Of a stretch of DNA of 64,000 bases, positions 1 to 12,010 are shown piece by piece. The stretch comes from Callorhinchus milii (lineage: Eukaryota): NCBI RefSeq assembly GCF_018977255.1, contig NW_024704742.1, forward strand, positions 49,416,001-49,480,000. Reading direction: 5' to 3'. The notes beneath the pieces are model-generated. The model was given only the letters and a program-made list of their open reading frames with translations, searched no databases and had not been told where the DNA came from. The translations under genes and the position numbers were made by a program. Position 1 is the first letter of the stretch. Each line of letters starts with the position of its first letter.

Positions 1-174
1 CACTCAATCTGACTTGTATCACACTGGATTGACAGCGGAGGTCAGCTATATATCTCCCTGAATTAGTTAAGGAATTACCTCTCGAGTCAGCCAAAGTTAC
101 CTTAACAGCTTACATGTTGCCCTTCTGTCAGCTTCAGGTAACTGACTTTCCTCCTGAAGATCATTTGCCTGAGG

Positions 175-210
175 TAATAATAATAAATTAATAATAATAA
201 TAATAATAAA
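175..210. repeat. (TAA)n microsatellite, imperfect
   Basis: Visible run of taataataa units. Confidence 0.85.
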
Positions 211-330
211 TTCAATTCTAAGATACATTCATTTGCACCGAAAATAGTTTAAACATTTCAGCACCTAGTTTAAGCAGGTTACATTGCATTTCAATACCTT
301 AAAATACTCTTTTAAGGTTACAAACGTGCA

Positions 331-930
331 TGTCTGGAAGGATATCAGTCCTTTTATGCTATCTTAAGTGGGGTCTCCTTGGAGCTGAACTGGCTCCAAG
401 GTGACATGTCTGGCAATGGAATGTAGGAATCGAGCTCTGTGGTGTTCCTGGTAGTCCGGTTCCTGAGCCAGTCGTGTCCACAGTATTCCAGGGCACTGCT
501 GATGACAGCACAGCCAGCCTGGTGCATCGGCAGGACTTGCAAGAGCAGACCAGTCACTGGGGGCAGGGAGTCATCCCACTCAGCTCCTATTAACCCTGCA
601 AGCCAAAACCCTAATGCGGTAGGGTGGTCCTACCAGGACAAGCAGCAAGAAAGCTTGCCAGACAGCAATATCAATGGCAAGCTATATAGTTTTAGTTGGT
701 TAGACTCCAGCGCACATACTGGGGTCCCCAAGCTTTTGTTCTTGCCAACCTGCACCTAGTACTTTGCCGGATTAGGTAAGCAGGATGTGTCCCTCCAAGG
801 AGAGAGTGCGCATTTCATTCCAACAATCTATCTCTGGGATTTCCATGTGTAGGTGAGATGCATGGAAATCTCAGCTTGATTTGGATACTCTTAAGCATGA
901 TGTCAGACACCCAGCTGGCTAAAAAAATAC
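331..930. repeat. Unclassified interspersed repeat, copy A (longest)
   Basis: Colinear similarity (ggtagtccggttcct, cagaccagtcactg, aggatgtgtccctcc, tactcttaag) to 48250-48702 and 6105-6300, and in reverse complement to 56555-56945. The left boundary is uncertain. Confidence 0.8.
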
Positions 931-1773
931 AGCTTGGAAAGCTTTATCATCTACAACTACATTGAAACTATCTTACATAGATAAACTTGACAGAGCCAGT
1001 ACAAGGAAATGTGTAGCATCTATAGCATTCAACATGATTTTCAGATAATCAAATTAATATGATATGGTATGGTAGGGGTATTATTAAACAAATGAAGTGA
1101 AACCCTTATTCATACAATATGAAAGGAACATGGTGAGAACAAATTGCAGATAGAATTAAATTAACAAGGAGCATTGAATGCGTTGCAATATTTACAAAAC
1201 TACTTACAATTTATATTACAATTGCAGAAACATTAACAGCACATATTACTGAAGTGACAGGACTATTTTCAGGAGTGTATATGTAATAATAAAACAATCC
1301 TTGCATTTGATATAACACCTATCCTGTCATTGAAATATCCCAAAGCAATTCATAGGATTTAGTGTAAATTGCAGGTGAATAGTAAACAATGGCAGAACTG
1401 GTTACAATGTGTATAATTAAAAAACAATTAAACTGTATTCATAATATAAAAGGCAGACCTAGTAAAGTTTACAGTATATGTTTAAAAGAACAGTTACAAT
1501 ATTTAATGTATGGTATAGCACTTCTGACATAAGTGACATAACTTCATAATTACAATGACTCTATCAACAGGACCTCTTATTCAAATCACATATCATGTAA
1601 AGTACATCTAATTGATGTCATGGGAATACTTATGATATATGTACAATAAAATCAATGGTAAGGTTTATATTTTCCATAATACAAATAATAAGGTTATTTT
1701 AAACAAATAATATGAATGACAAAGATGTTTACAGAATAATAACTAAATCTGACAGACCGACAGCAAGACTCAC

Positions 1774-1935
1774 AGTTGGTCGACTGAGCACACAAACAGA
1801 TAGTCAGGTTTTAATGCTGGCAGAAGGAGAAGCAGGCAGCAGAACAGACAGGAATAGAGTGGGCAGCAGGCAGACTGTGGGAGTGGACAGGAAGGTGTTT
1901 TAAAACACAGCAGCTGTAAAACAAATAGGCTGCAC
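1774..1935 (-). promoter_or_regulatory. Candidate promoter and non-coding first exon of a leftward transcript
   Basis: Unique, pyrimidine-rich minus strand. E-box CAGCTG at 1911-1916, TTTTAAAA at 1898-1905, ending at donor ACT|GTGAGT (1773-1768). Confidence 0.25.
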
Positions 1936-2221
1936 AGCAAGGTGGACAAGTTGTGGATGGGCTGTTCAGTTGTATGAATAGGCAGTCTGGACCAGACTTG
2001 GGTCCAAATGCATTTGACATAGCACCTTTTACAATTGGAGGGACTCTCAAAATGCTTGAGCTAAGTGTTTCTCTCAGATATTTGCATTTGTATTTATTTC
2101 GATGTCTGAGTGAAACATTTGAAGTTTATCAAATGCATTTATAATATTTTCAAATGCTTCAATGAATACCTGATGCTCTGGGTGACAGGTGGCATTTAGT
2201 CACAACGTAAACACGACATAG

Positions 2222-2735
2222 ACAACAACAACAAAAACAACAAGAACAAGGTTCCATTTATAGAGCGCCTTTCACGTTGGGAGGACGTCCCAAGGCGCTG
2301 GACAGTTGGGTCAGGACCCGAGCAGGGGGGAAATGGTCAGGGTGAGGGGAGGGAAGGGAGGGAGCGAGGAGGGGGTAGAGAGTCGAGAGGAGAGCTGAAG
2401 ACACGGTTAAAGAGAAAGGTCTTGAGACCGGCCTTGAAGGAGGAAAGGGAGGAGGCGGCGAAGGCACTGGGGGATAGAGTTCCAGAGCCTCGGGGCTGAG
2501 AGGCTGAAGGCCCGGCCACCGATGGTAGGGCGGTTGGAGCGGGGGATGTGGAGCAGACCGGAGCCAGAGGAACGGAGGGTACGGGCAGGTAGGTAGGGGG
2601 ATAGTAGGTCGGAGAGGTAGGAGGGAGCGAGGCCGTGAATGGCCTTGTAGGTGAGGATGAGGATTTTTAATTCGATCCTCTGGGGGATGGGAAGCCAGTG
2701 GAGGAGAGCGAGGGTGGGAGTGATGTGGTCGCGAA
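2222..2735 (-). mobile_element. L2 LINE, young subfamily, 5'-truncated 3' end
   Basis: Minus frame HITPTLALLHWLPIPQRIELKILILTYKAIHGLAPSYL is a typical L2 ORF2 C-terminus. 3' stem-loop and (TTG)n tail present, CpGs retained. Confidence 0.93.
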
Positions 2736-2849
2736 ACAGACACACTTATGTCACAGTGCTGTTTTACCACCTGTTGAGCACTGCAAGTAAGTTATTATTT
2801 ATGTGTACCTGCTTCATTTGGTACTGTAGAAAGAGTTTTCAGTATTGCA

Positions 2850-3015
2850 CTGGTCATTCCCTTCAAGGCTGTTTGTGGGACACTGTGCACAAATTGGGTG
2901 CTATGTTCACCTACAAAAGACACAGTCACTACACCCTATAATAATTCCTGTGAAGCACTTTGGGAGTTCCTCCAATTGTGAAAGGTGCTATATCAAATGC
3001 AAGGATTAGTTTTAT
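2850..3015 (+). mobile_element. SINE 3' half (L2-type tail)
   Basis: gtttgtgggacactgtgcacaaattgg ... gtgaaaggtgctatatcaaatgcaaggatta. Confidence 0.8.
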
Positions 3016-3604
3016 TGGCCAGACAAATGGATCAACCACCAACCGTTCCTTGGATTATGGCAGCTATGCCTAGCTTTCTAAAAGAAGGTTGGCAGGAACG
3101 TCTCCCAAGGATGTTTTGTCTACATTGATTCCTTGGAGATCTGATTACATTGTCTCCATCGAGTATACTTTTAGACAGGGTACTTACTTTATCAACACGG
3201 AAAAGGTGAAAGGTTTACTGCCCAACCAAGATTCAAAGTCAGAATCTTCTGGTCTCAAGTCAAGTGTTGACTTGACTTGACAAGTCAACTGTCAACTGAC
3301 TGAGTGACCCAGCATGTTTTTACTCATGTAGTATTGCATATGTTGGAAGCAATTCTCTTTCCGTGAGCCCCTGCATTTGATTTGATTGGGTGTGAGATGG
3401 GGGGAAATCCTCCCTACCTGATCTGACTAACAGTATGAGTGGTTAGCCACTGTCATTGTCTGCCTCCAGTCAGCTCATTTCATCTCCAGGGGTCTGAGTG
3501 CCCAGCCAAGTTAAACTGGTTCTTACGTTGCGATCCTTTAATTGTGGGATTAATTTCTTTCTACTGTAACAAACATAAGAGTGCATTGCTTTCATATCTG
3601 TTTT

Positions 3605-5190
3605 ACAACAACAAAATTACACTTGTATAGCGCCTTTAATATCAGGAGGATGTCCCAAGGCGCTGGACAATTAATGTTTTGGACCCGAGCTGGGCGTCAG
3701 GATCGGGGAGGGTGGAGGGCAGGGAGGTAAGGAGGATATCAAAGGCACAGTTGAATAGGAGGGTCTTGAGACGGGTCTTGAAGGAGGTAAGGGAGGAGGT
3801 GAATCAGAGGGACTATGGGATGGAGTACCAGAAAATGGGGGCAGAGTGGTTGAAAGCCCACCAATGGTGGGGCGGGCAAAGCGGGGGACGTGAAGCAGGC
3901 TGGAACCCACTGAGCGGAGGGAGCGGGCAGGTTGATAGAGGTCGCAGAGGTAGGGGGAGCAAGACCATAGAGGGCTTTGAAGTTGAAGACCAGGAACTTG
4001 AACTGTATCCTCTGTATGATGGGAAGCTAGTGGAGTTAGGTGATGACAGCGGTGATACGGTCAAGATGCCTCGTGTGGGAGAGGACACGGGCTGCAGAGT
4101 TCTGGATGATCTGCAGCCTACAGAGGGAGGAGTTGGGGAGGCCGACAAGCAGGGAGTTTGCATTGTCAAGCCTGGATGTTATGAATGCGTGAATGAGGGT
4201 TTCGGCAGCCTGTGGTGTGAGACAGTGGTGGACCCGGGCGATGTTGTGGAGATGGGAGAAGGCAGAGCAGATCATGGCGCAGATGTGGGTTAGAAGGGAT
4301 ACTTGAGGGTCAAACAAGACCCCAAGGTTCTGGACTGGCTCAGTGAGGTGGAATGTGCAACCATGGATGGTGTTGCTGTCAGTACCTGGGTGAGGAGGCG
4401 CTGACGGGAGCCAATCAGGAGAGCCTCAGTCTTGTTGACGTTCAAATAAAGAAATTTAGCTCTCATTCAGGACTTGATGTCTGACAGACATTCTGTCAGG
4501 ACAGCAATTGTCCTGGAGTCGAGGGTGGAGGCAGAGAGGTAGAGTTGGGTGTCATCCGCATACATATGGAAGTTGACCCCATGTCTGCGGATGATGCCAC
4601 CAAGAGGGAGCATATAGATATTGAACATAAGGGGACCAAGGGCAGAGTCCTGAGAAACGTCAGACAAGACAGTGTGGGGGCTAGAGGAGAAACCTGGTTT
4701 GTGGAGTTGAAGTGGAAATGGTGGGATAGGTAGGATTTGATGTAGGAGGATAGCGTGGTCAACGGTATCGAAAGCTGCAGTGAAGACAAGGAGGCAGAGG
4801 GAGCCCTGGTGGCAGATGGACAAAATGTCATTTGTCACTTTGACCAGGGCTGTTTCTGTGCTGTGGGCGGCACTGAAACCTGATTGGAGGGGTTCATGAA
4901 GGGAATGTTGGACCGGGAAGTAGTGAAGCTGGGAAGCAACAACTTGTTCCAGGACCTTGAAAAGGAAAGGGAGGTTGGAGATGGGGCAGTAGTTTGAGAG
5001 CAGGGATGGGTCCAGGTAGGGTTTTTTAAGGATAGGGGTGATGATGGCTGTTTTTAAAGGGGTGGGAACTGTGCCAGTGGACAGGGAGAGGTTTATAATG
5101 TCTATGAGTAGAGGGGCAAGGAGGTGGAGCTGGGAGGTAAGGAAAGGGTTAGGGATGGGGTCGAGGGAGCTACAGTGGTAGTGAGAGAGG
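3605..5190 (-). mobile_element. L2 LINE fragment with decayed reverse transcriptase
   Basis: Minus frames give PISNLPFL, QSGF..HSTETAL, AAFDTVDH, LGPLMFNIYM and MYADDTQLY (YADD at 4551-4562). Frameshifted, with (TTG)n tail. Confidence 0.93.
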
Positions 5191-6104
5191 AGTGGGACTA
5201 CAATACAGTCATGTGGACTACAAGCCGAAACAACTTGCAACCCACTCACCTTCAATAACTAATCTAAAATGATCCTTTATTCTATTTATTCTATTTGCAT
5301 TCAGAGGACTCAAATTACTTTTCGATGTTTCAAGCTGTTATTCAGTGGCATGATAACAACTTATAATATCACACTGTTGGTTAAGGTGATGATTTATGCA
5401 AAGCTGAGCCTCACTGATAAATGGGAATTTGTTATCTGCAGTGTGCACGCAAAGAAACATAAAAGACAGTGATGTAATCATGCTTAAGCAATTAGCTGCT
5501 TTATTTGAGATAAGGGGCCAAGAAGAGATTCTTTCAAAAGGAAATTACATTACATCAAATTACCCACATACAACCTAGTGCTTTCATTTTTTTCTAGAAT
5601 GAGATTAATTATCTTCCTCCTTGTTGTGTCTCGAAGATCAGGCACATTAAAGTGTACAGATTTTCTTTGTTACATTCAGAATGACTTGTGAATGAATCTT
5701 AATCCTTGCCTCATGCTTCCCCATCTACAGGTCGCACCTGAAGATCTTTCTCTTCGACCGTGCCCATGGTCACCTCACCTCCCCCTGGCTTGGTGTTGTG
5801 CTCCGACACTGTCAAGTGCTTTGGGACGAGTTAGAATGCTAGGAAAACATATTTTGTTTACACGGTCATTGCACTCTAAGTAAATCCTGCGATATGCATT
5901 GAGATGTTTTGGCAACAAATGATAAGGCGCTATATCAAATGCAGGGATTTTTATTATTTTATTTTGCACTGTGAACATCACAATAAATATCATGACAAGT
6001 TAGCCTTCAACCAATCAACAAGATTGTTACGATCAACTGATTAGGTAATTATCTATCGTAATTCTATCTATTTTAACTGTTTTAGGGGTAAAATAATATA
6101 TTGG

Positions 6105-6300
6105 ATAACTTGTTAAACTCCAGCAGTACTCCAACACATACTCTCGCTAACCTGCATCTCATACTTTCTGGGATAAAGTGAACAGGAACTTCCCTCCAGG
6201 GAGAAAGTGTGCATTTCGTTCCAGACAAATAGGTATGTGAAGGTTTGGTTTGGGTACTCTTAAGTATGACAATATTGGGTACTCTTAAGTATGTGTATGC
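6105..6300. repeat. Unclassified interspersed repeat, copy B (partial)
   Basis: ttaaactccagca ... ccctccagggagaaagtgtgcatttcgttcca ... ggtactcttaagtatg matches 700-900. Contains a 19-bp direct duplication (6250-6268 and 6275-6293). Confidence 0.7.
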
Positions 6301-6564
6301 TAGACAGAATGTCAACATAAAACACATTGAATCACTTGTAGTCTTTTATCCTATGTGAAAGATGCTGTATGAGTACAAAGTTCATATCTCTAGTCACTGA
6401 AGGCCAGCAAGGAGAGTGAGGTGGGAATACAAGCTAGGAAAATGAGCCGTGGGGTGTCCACATGGATACGGGTCTGCAGAATTTTTTTTATATTCCATTT
6501 CGTGTCCAGTCTGGTCTGGTACAAATTCTGGATAACCAGAGAGGTTTATGGTAGTGCCCTATGG

Positions 6565-6850
6565 GTAGGTAGAACATCTCAAAGTGCTTCACAGAACGTA
6601 CTATAAATGATGGACTATGCATTTATAAGGCAACCTGGCAATTAATTTACACATAGAAATGTCCCTTGAAATGAATGAACAATTAATTTTATCTTGGGGA
6701 TTGTTGGCCAGGACACCAGGAGAAAATCTTCAAATAATTTAATGACATCTTTTACATCCATCTGAACAGACAGACAGGATCTCAGTTTAACGTTTCATCT
6801 GAAGGACAACACCTCCAACAATGCAGCAATCCCCCAAGCACTGTATTGGC
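6565..6850 (-). mobile_element. Old Deu-domain-type SINE, cut off at the Tx1-like element
   Basis: Reverse complement of tgctgcattgttggaggtg..cagatgaaacgttaaactgag ... tgtcctggccaacaat. Confidence 0.75.
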
Positions 6851-9800
6851 AGCAACCAACAAGGGCAAACTAACAGGGACCCCCAGAGCAACAACAACTA
6901 GAAACCCACAGGGGGCGCTAGAGCAGCAAGAGGAAAAACAGCAGAGCAAGGAGATGGTTCAAGAAAATAGGAACAAGGAGTGGGAGGACAGCATCCCCTA
7001 CACATCCTCAGAAGAAGAGTATTACTCTGCTTCCAGCGAGCAGGAGGACAGCGAAGGGAGTAAGGACTTCACACCCCTTCAACACCCCCTCAGTGAGGGA
7101 AGATCAGTAGCAGATAGCTGCCAAGAGGACAAGGAACACAGAAGATAAAACAAATGTTGAAGCCCAGTGAACGGAAATCGGGATGAAACTCAAAAAAAAG
7201 AAAAAAACAAGGCAAAGGCAGTGCGAGGGGGAACCAAAAATGACAGGGCTCCCCAAGACATGGCACATTTTGAGAACCTGTTTGCATACCTCCAGAAGGG
7301 ATCAGCAGATGAAGAGGTCATGAGCAAAGTGGCCAGTAAAATATAAAAAATGTCTCTGAAGGTAGGTTCCCTAAATGTGCGCAGCGTATATAACACCTCA
7401 CTCTGCATCTTTACCTTACAGTACCTGGCCAGGGTGTAGGCTGACCTCCTATTCCTGCAGCAGTGCACGATACCGCATTCCAGCAGCTACAGAGTCTGGG
7501 CTAACTGGTGGTCTCGCTATGCACCCTCGGTGTGGTCCGGGGGCAATAACTGCCGCAGCTCTGGGGTCCATGTGGACACCCCACGGCTCATGCTACAGAG
7601 GGGGAGAAACTTCACCATTACTGAGCATAGGGAAGTGGTAGGTGGGGGACTCCCAGTAGTAGAGGCAGTGTATAGAGACGCTCCTCTCAGATTGATCAAT
7701 GTGTATGCCCCCGCAGACAAGATAGAATGCCAGTCCCCGTTCCAGCTGATCCCACCACTGTTGGTCACATCCATGCCAGTTGTCCTGGGAGGGCACTTCA
7801 ACCGTATTCTGGAAACAAACGGACGATCCACCAAGTCCGACGGGAAGCTGGACGTTGAGGCCAAGCTCCTCCTGAATGTGGTGAAGGATGGGCAGTTGAG
7901 AGATGTCTTTAGAGCCACTGGAAACGGGGCCCAGAGACAGTACACTTATTCCAGACCAAACGGGTTGTTCCATTTGCGAATCAATTTCCTCTTCTTCTCG
8001 AAAGGCCTCGAGGCCAGAGGCACAGACATCCAGCCTGTGTTCTTTGACGTACACCTGCAGGACAGCCACAGACTGGGCAAGGGAAGGTGAAAATTCAATG
8101 TAAAGCTGCTGACCCCCAAGAATGTGGAAGAATTGCGGAAAGAGTGCCAAGGATAGAAATCTTTGAGGGATTTCTGAGACTCCTCCACACAATGGTGAGG
8201 CATGGTAAAGTCCCAGATGAAGCAATTCTTCATCCTCAAGGGTGTGAGGTTAGCCAAGGTCAGAAAGAAGGCCATGTCCCGATTACAGACCAAACTGCAA
8301 GACCTCCTGTGGCAACAGGGTGAGGGGACTGATGTTCCTGAGAAACTCAGGGAGGTGAGGGGGTCAGCAAACTTTGTCTCTGAGGCTTCCAAGTTCATCT
8401 TCCACTCCAGGGTGCGCACGATAGAACAGTATGAGACGTGCTCGAATTTCTTCTTTCAGAAAGCAAACAGAGGCAGCTCTGTGATCGCTGGACTGAGAGA
8501 TAAAACAGTTTTGATGCATGCGGAGCAGGCTGGCATGCAGAGGATCGCCAAATCCTTTAATGCCGATCTGTACTGTGAGAATCCCCACAGAGAGCACGGC
8601 CTCCCAGGATTTCTGGTCTGCCATCTCCGAGGTGCTGGATGAGGGGAGCCGGAGGCACTTAGACCGACCACTCTCCTTAGACGAGCTGACGAGGGCCATC
8701 AAGTCTCTCCAGGTCGGTAAGACCTTCGGAGGCGATGGCCTCCCAGTGGAGCTCTACCTGGCTCTGTGGGACCTGCTGCAGGCATACAATAACATGTTGT
8801 TAGCAGGGACCATGGCAGAGTCTTTGAGGAAAGGCAGCATCTCCCTCCTGTACAAGCAAAAGGAGGAGAAGGAGGAGATTAAGAACTGGTGGGCTGACTT
8901 CGTTATTAAATGTTGACTGTAAGACCCTGGCCAAGGTGATCTCCGAGAGGATAAAGACTGTCCTTGGGCAGGTAGTACACCCAGACCAGACCTGCACGGG
9001 TCGGGCCGAAGCATCTCGGACAGCCTCGCGCTGCTCAGGGTCATCATCGCCACATGCAGGACAGGTGGGTGAGGGCCTACCTGATCAGTCTTGATCAGGA
9101 GAAAGCATTTGGCAGAGTATCTCACAGCTACATGGATGAGGTGGTCTCCAAAATGGGCTTTGGGGAGGGAATACGCAAGTGGATCCGACTGTTCTACACA
9201 GACATCTGTAGCATAGTTACAGTCAACTGGGGATATGGCCCCAGTGCTTACTATCCATTACTGGGAAAAACCTGGTGCTAAAGTGTGAGGCGCTCTTGGT
9301 GTTACTGTACGCGGCCCAGATCTGGCCTTTGACCAGGAACAAAACTGCTGCAGGCACCAGAGCAGTTTTCTATCCGGTCTGGGGGTCCAATATGGATCAT
9401 GTCCACGGAGGCACGATGCACAAGACCCCGGAGAAGGGTAGCGAAGATGTCCCTAACGTAGCCCTGATCCTCATGGCCACCTTTGTGTGTAGCTGTCTGA
9501 GGCTGTGCCTGGAGCGCCGCTACGCCGGCAACAAATGCCATTACGTGCTGGGCTTCTACCTCTACCTGGTGCTGAGAAGAGTGGGTCTGGCAGAAGTGCC
9601 TCAAAATACTCCACGCAGTTGGAGTGGGCTGTATCACCTATCCTACATAGAGAAATTTATGAAGAGCACCATTCCAGACCCCCATGCAATCACCGAGTGG
9701 ACAGCACGGCAGATAGTCCAAACAGTTAGAAAGGGGGAGAGAGTGGACTTGATTGGGAGGTACCCTGTGCCGATGGCCAGCTACGTCTGGCAGAACTCCT

Positions 9801-11174
9801 TGTCACCGGCCCTGACCAACAACCATCAGGACATGGCCTGGCTGGTGATAAAAGAGGCCCTCCCACTCAGGGCTTTCATGCACGGTTGAGGTCTGGGCCA
9901 GTCAGCACTTTGCCCTTGGGCTGGCTACAGAGGCCAGGAGACTGGGGACCACCTCCTCCCGGAGTGTCGGTATGCGAAGTTGGTTTAGAAACAGATGGAA
10001 TGGCTGCTCTCGTGGTTTGTTACTGGAGACCTGCTGTCACGGCACTCGGTGCTGTACGGCCTCTTACTGGCCACTCACAGTGAGACCCATATCGAGTGTG
10101 TCTGGAGGATCATCAACTTGGCATAGGAGGTCCTTTGGCATTCCCGAAACCTGATAGTCTTCCGGTGGAACAAGGGGTTGGAGAGGCCCTGCCTCAGGCT
10201 CACGCACGCTAGGAGCAGGGACTAATTTCTGAGGGACACACTTTGGCTCAGCCGCGGCAAAGACCAGATGGGTCCTGACCCCAGCCAGAGCTGCTCCTAC
10301 GCTACCTGCACCCACATCGGGTTCACATCGCCACGCGCCAGGATCCCTACCAGTGAGAGGGAGAATCAGGGTGTGCTCAGTGGGTAATCCACGAGGGCAA
10401 AACTGTGAATAAATGTTTAACCATGTAAATGTACAGAGGGATGCTCGAGATGCAAACAAAGAGCTTCCGTAAATGTATGGATGTCTGCCTGCCCCCCCCC
10501 CCCCCTATAAAAGGGCAGTGGCAAGGAATGAGATAAAGGCTCACCGTCCTGTAAAATGACAGCAGAGCTGGGACCACTGGTGAAACTGCTCCCTTTAGAA
10601 AAGAACAGAACCCCGGCAGGAATGCCATGGTGACAGGGTTGGGACTGCTTGGGTGTATAGTGTATGTTTATGGGTTTGTGTTTACGTTATGTTTCCGGGC
10701 ATGTGTTCGGGTAAACATGTGAGCATACGGTGCACATCGGGGCGCCATCCGAAAGTGGTAAGTACACCTTATCAGGGTGTGTGCGGGTGCGCACATGGAT
10801 GTAGTGCACACAGGGGCGATTCCCGACTGTATTAAAGGGAGCTTCCCAAAAAAATGTTTGCACAACCTGTGTGTTGTGAACATGTCCACACTCCCTGCTA
10901 AGAGGGAGGGATAGGGAGGGGGGTACAAGACCCCATTTGTAACTGCGCCCTGCAAAGGGTAGCAGAACCCAGAGGCAGAGAAGCCTTGGTCCCTTCACCA
11001 AAGTGGAGTGCGTAGAGGAAAGCTCCCCCTCCCACCACAAGGGGCCGGGTTTGTTGAGTGCTGTAACGGGCTAATAACATGTTGCGTCTTCTTTTCTGTA
11101 ATGGATTTGATACTGTCTGAGACAAGCGTAAATATACATCAACAAATAAATATATATATTTTGATTAAAAAAAA
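6851..11174 (+). mobile_element. Tx1/L1-clade non-LTR retrotransposon, decayed and 5'-truncated
   Basis: Acidic ORF1 tail ending TAA at 7344-7346, ORF2 starting ATG 7350, AATAAA at 11145-11150 and A-tail at 11167-11174. Confidence 0.9.
7350..10300 (+). pseudogene. Tx1-like ORF2 (APE endonuclease, RT, CCHC-type zinc knuckle), disrupted
   Basis: MSLKVGSLNVR, LINVYAP, VVLGGHFN, GGDGLPVELY, SLDQEKAFGRVSH and CPW..ETGDHLLPEC. Stops and frameshifts; the RT QG/YxDD core is absent. Confidence 0.88.
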
Positions 11175-11609
11175 CTTACACGGCTGGTATGCTGTTGGGT
11201 TTGCCTCGTCCTTTCTTATCAGCAGTAAATTCTCTGCACCACCATGGTAGATGATAGTTCCCTTTAATCTCTATTGAGTTAATGTTAAAAAAATAATTTA
11301 TACACATTAAACAATTTGATCATGATTAGCTCCAGCGCTGAATAACTCCCATACATATTACAGTGAGAACGCCAAGCGCTATATTTCAGCCAAAACATTT
11401 TAATGGATTACTCTGGCCTCTAACTTCTGAGTGACATTGTTACATGGATGTAACTAAACAGCTTGCATTAATGCAACTATCTTAAATCGTGTTTAATTAC
11501 AGATTGTTTCTTGCAGCTCGATATCTAGAAATATTCCATTCAAGGCTCATATTGAGCTTTCAACTTGTCAATTCACATCTTTTACACAGTATCTTTACAA
11601 ACTACTTTG

Positions 11610-12010
11610 CTGCCGGGATCCTCATGCTATTAGCATGTTCAAACTTGACTATACCAATACCCTGCTTACTGGTACCCCCAGCTCTTCCCTACACAGGATA
11701 CAAACTATCGAGAATTCTGCAGTCCATGTCAATGCCTGCACCATGCTCTGAGAGCCCATCATCCCTATCCCATCCCCAAGTGGATTGAATTCGAGATCCT
11801 CGTTTTTACCTTTAAATCCCTTTGCAGACTTGCCCCACTTTACCTCCTACAAACCTGCAAACTTGGCCATTCCCTTCATTCACTGAACACTGAACCTGCT
11901 TCACATCCCTCACACTATCTGCCATCAGCGGTCAGGGTGTTCAGCCATCCTCCTTGGCTCCGGTCAACATCTCCTCACCTCAACGTCTGATCTCCTCAAC
12001 CTTTTCAGCT
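11610..12010 (+). mobile_element. Old L2 fragment
   Basis: Degenerate match to the L2 C-terminal region (aaacttgactataccaataccctg, gaattctgcag, gattgaattcgagatcctc). Confidence 0.7.

Noticed and set aside
331..909. TGTCTG...CAGACA termini suggesting a solo LTR
   Set aside because: No target duplication is visible, and similarity to copy D continues past 909, so the boundary is not supported.
2258..5255. Long Pro/Ser-rich or Gly/Glu-rich ORFs such as 2258-2770 and 3679-4293
   Set aside because: They are alternative or antisense frames of L2 sequence, not host genes. The same applies at 22.4-23.3, 40.3-41.6, 44.4-45.7, 48.8-49.4 and 54.3-54.8 kb.
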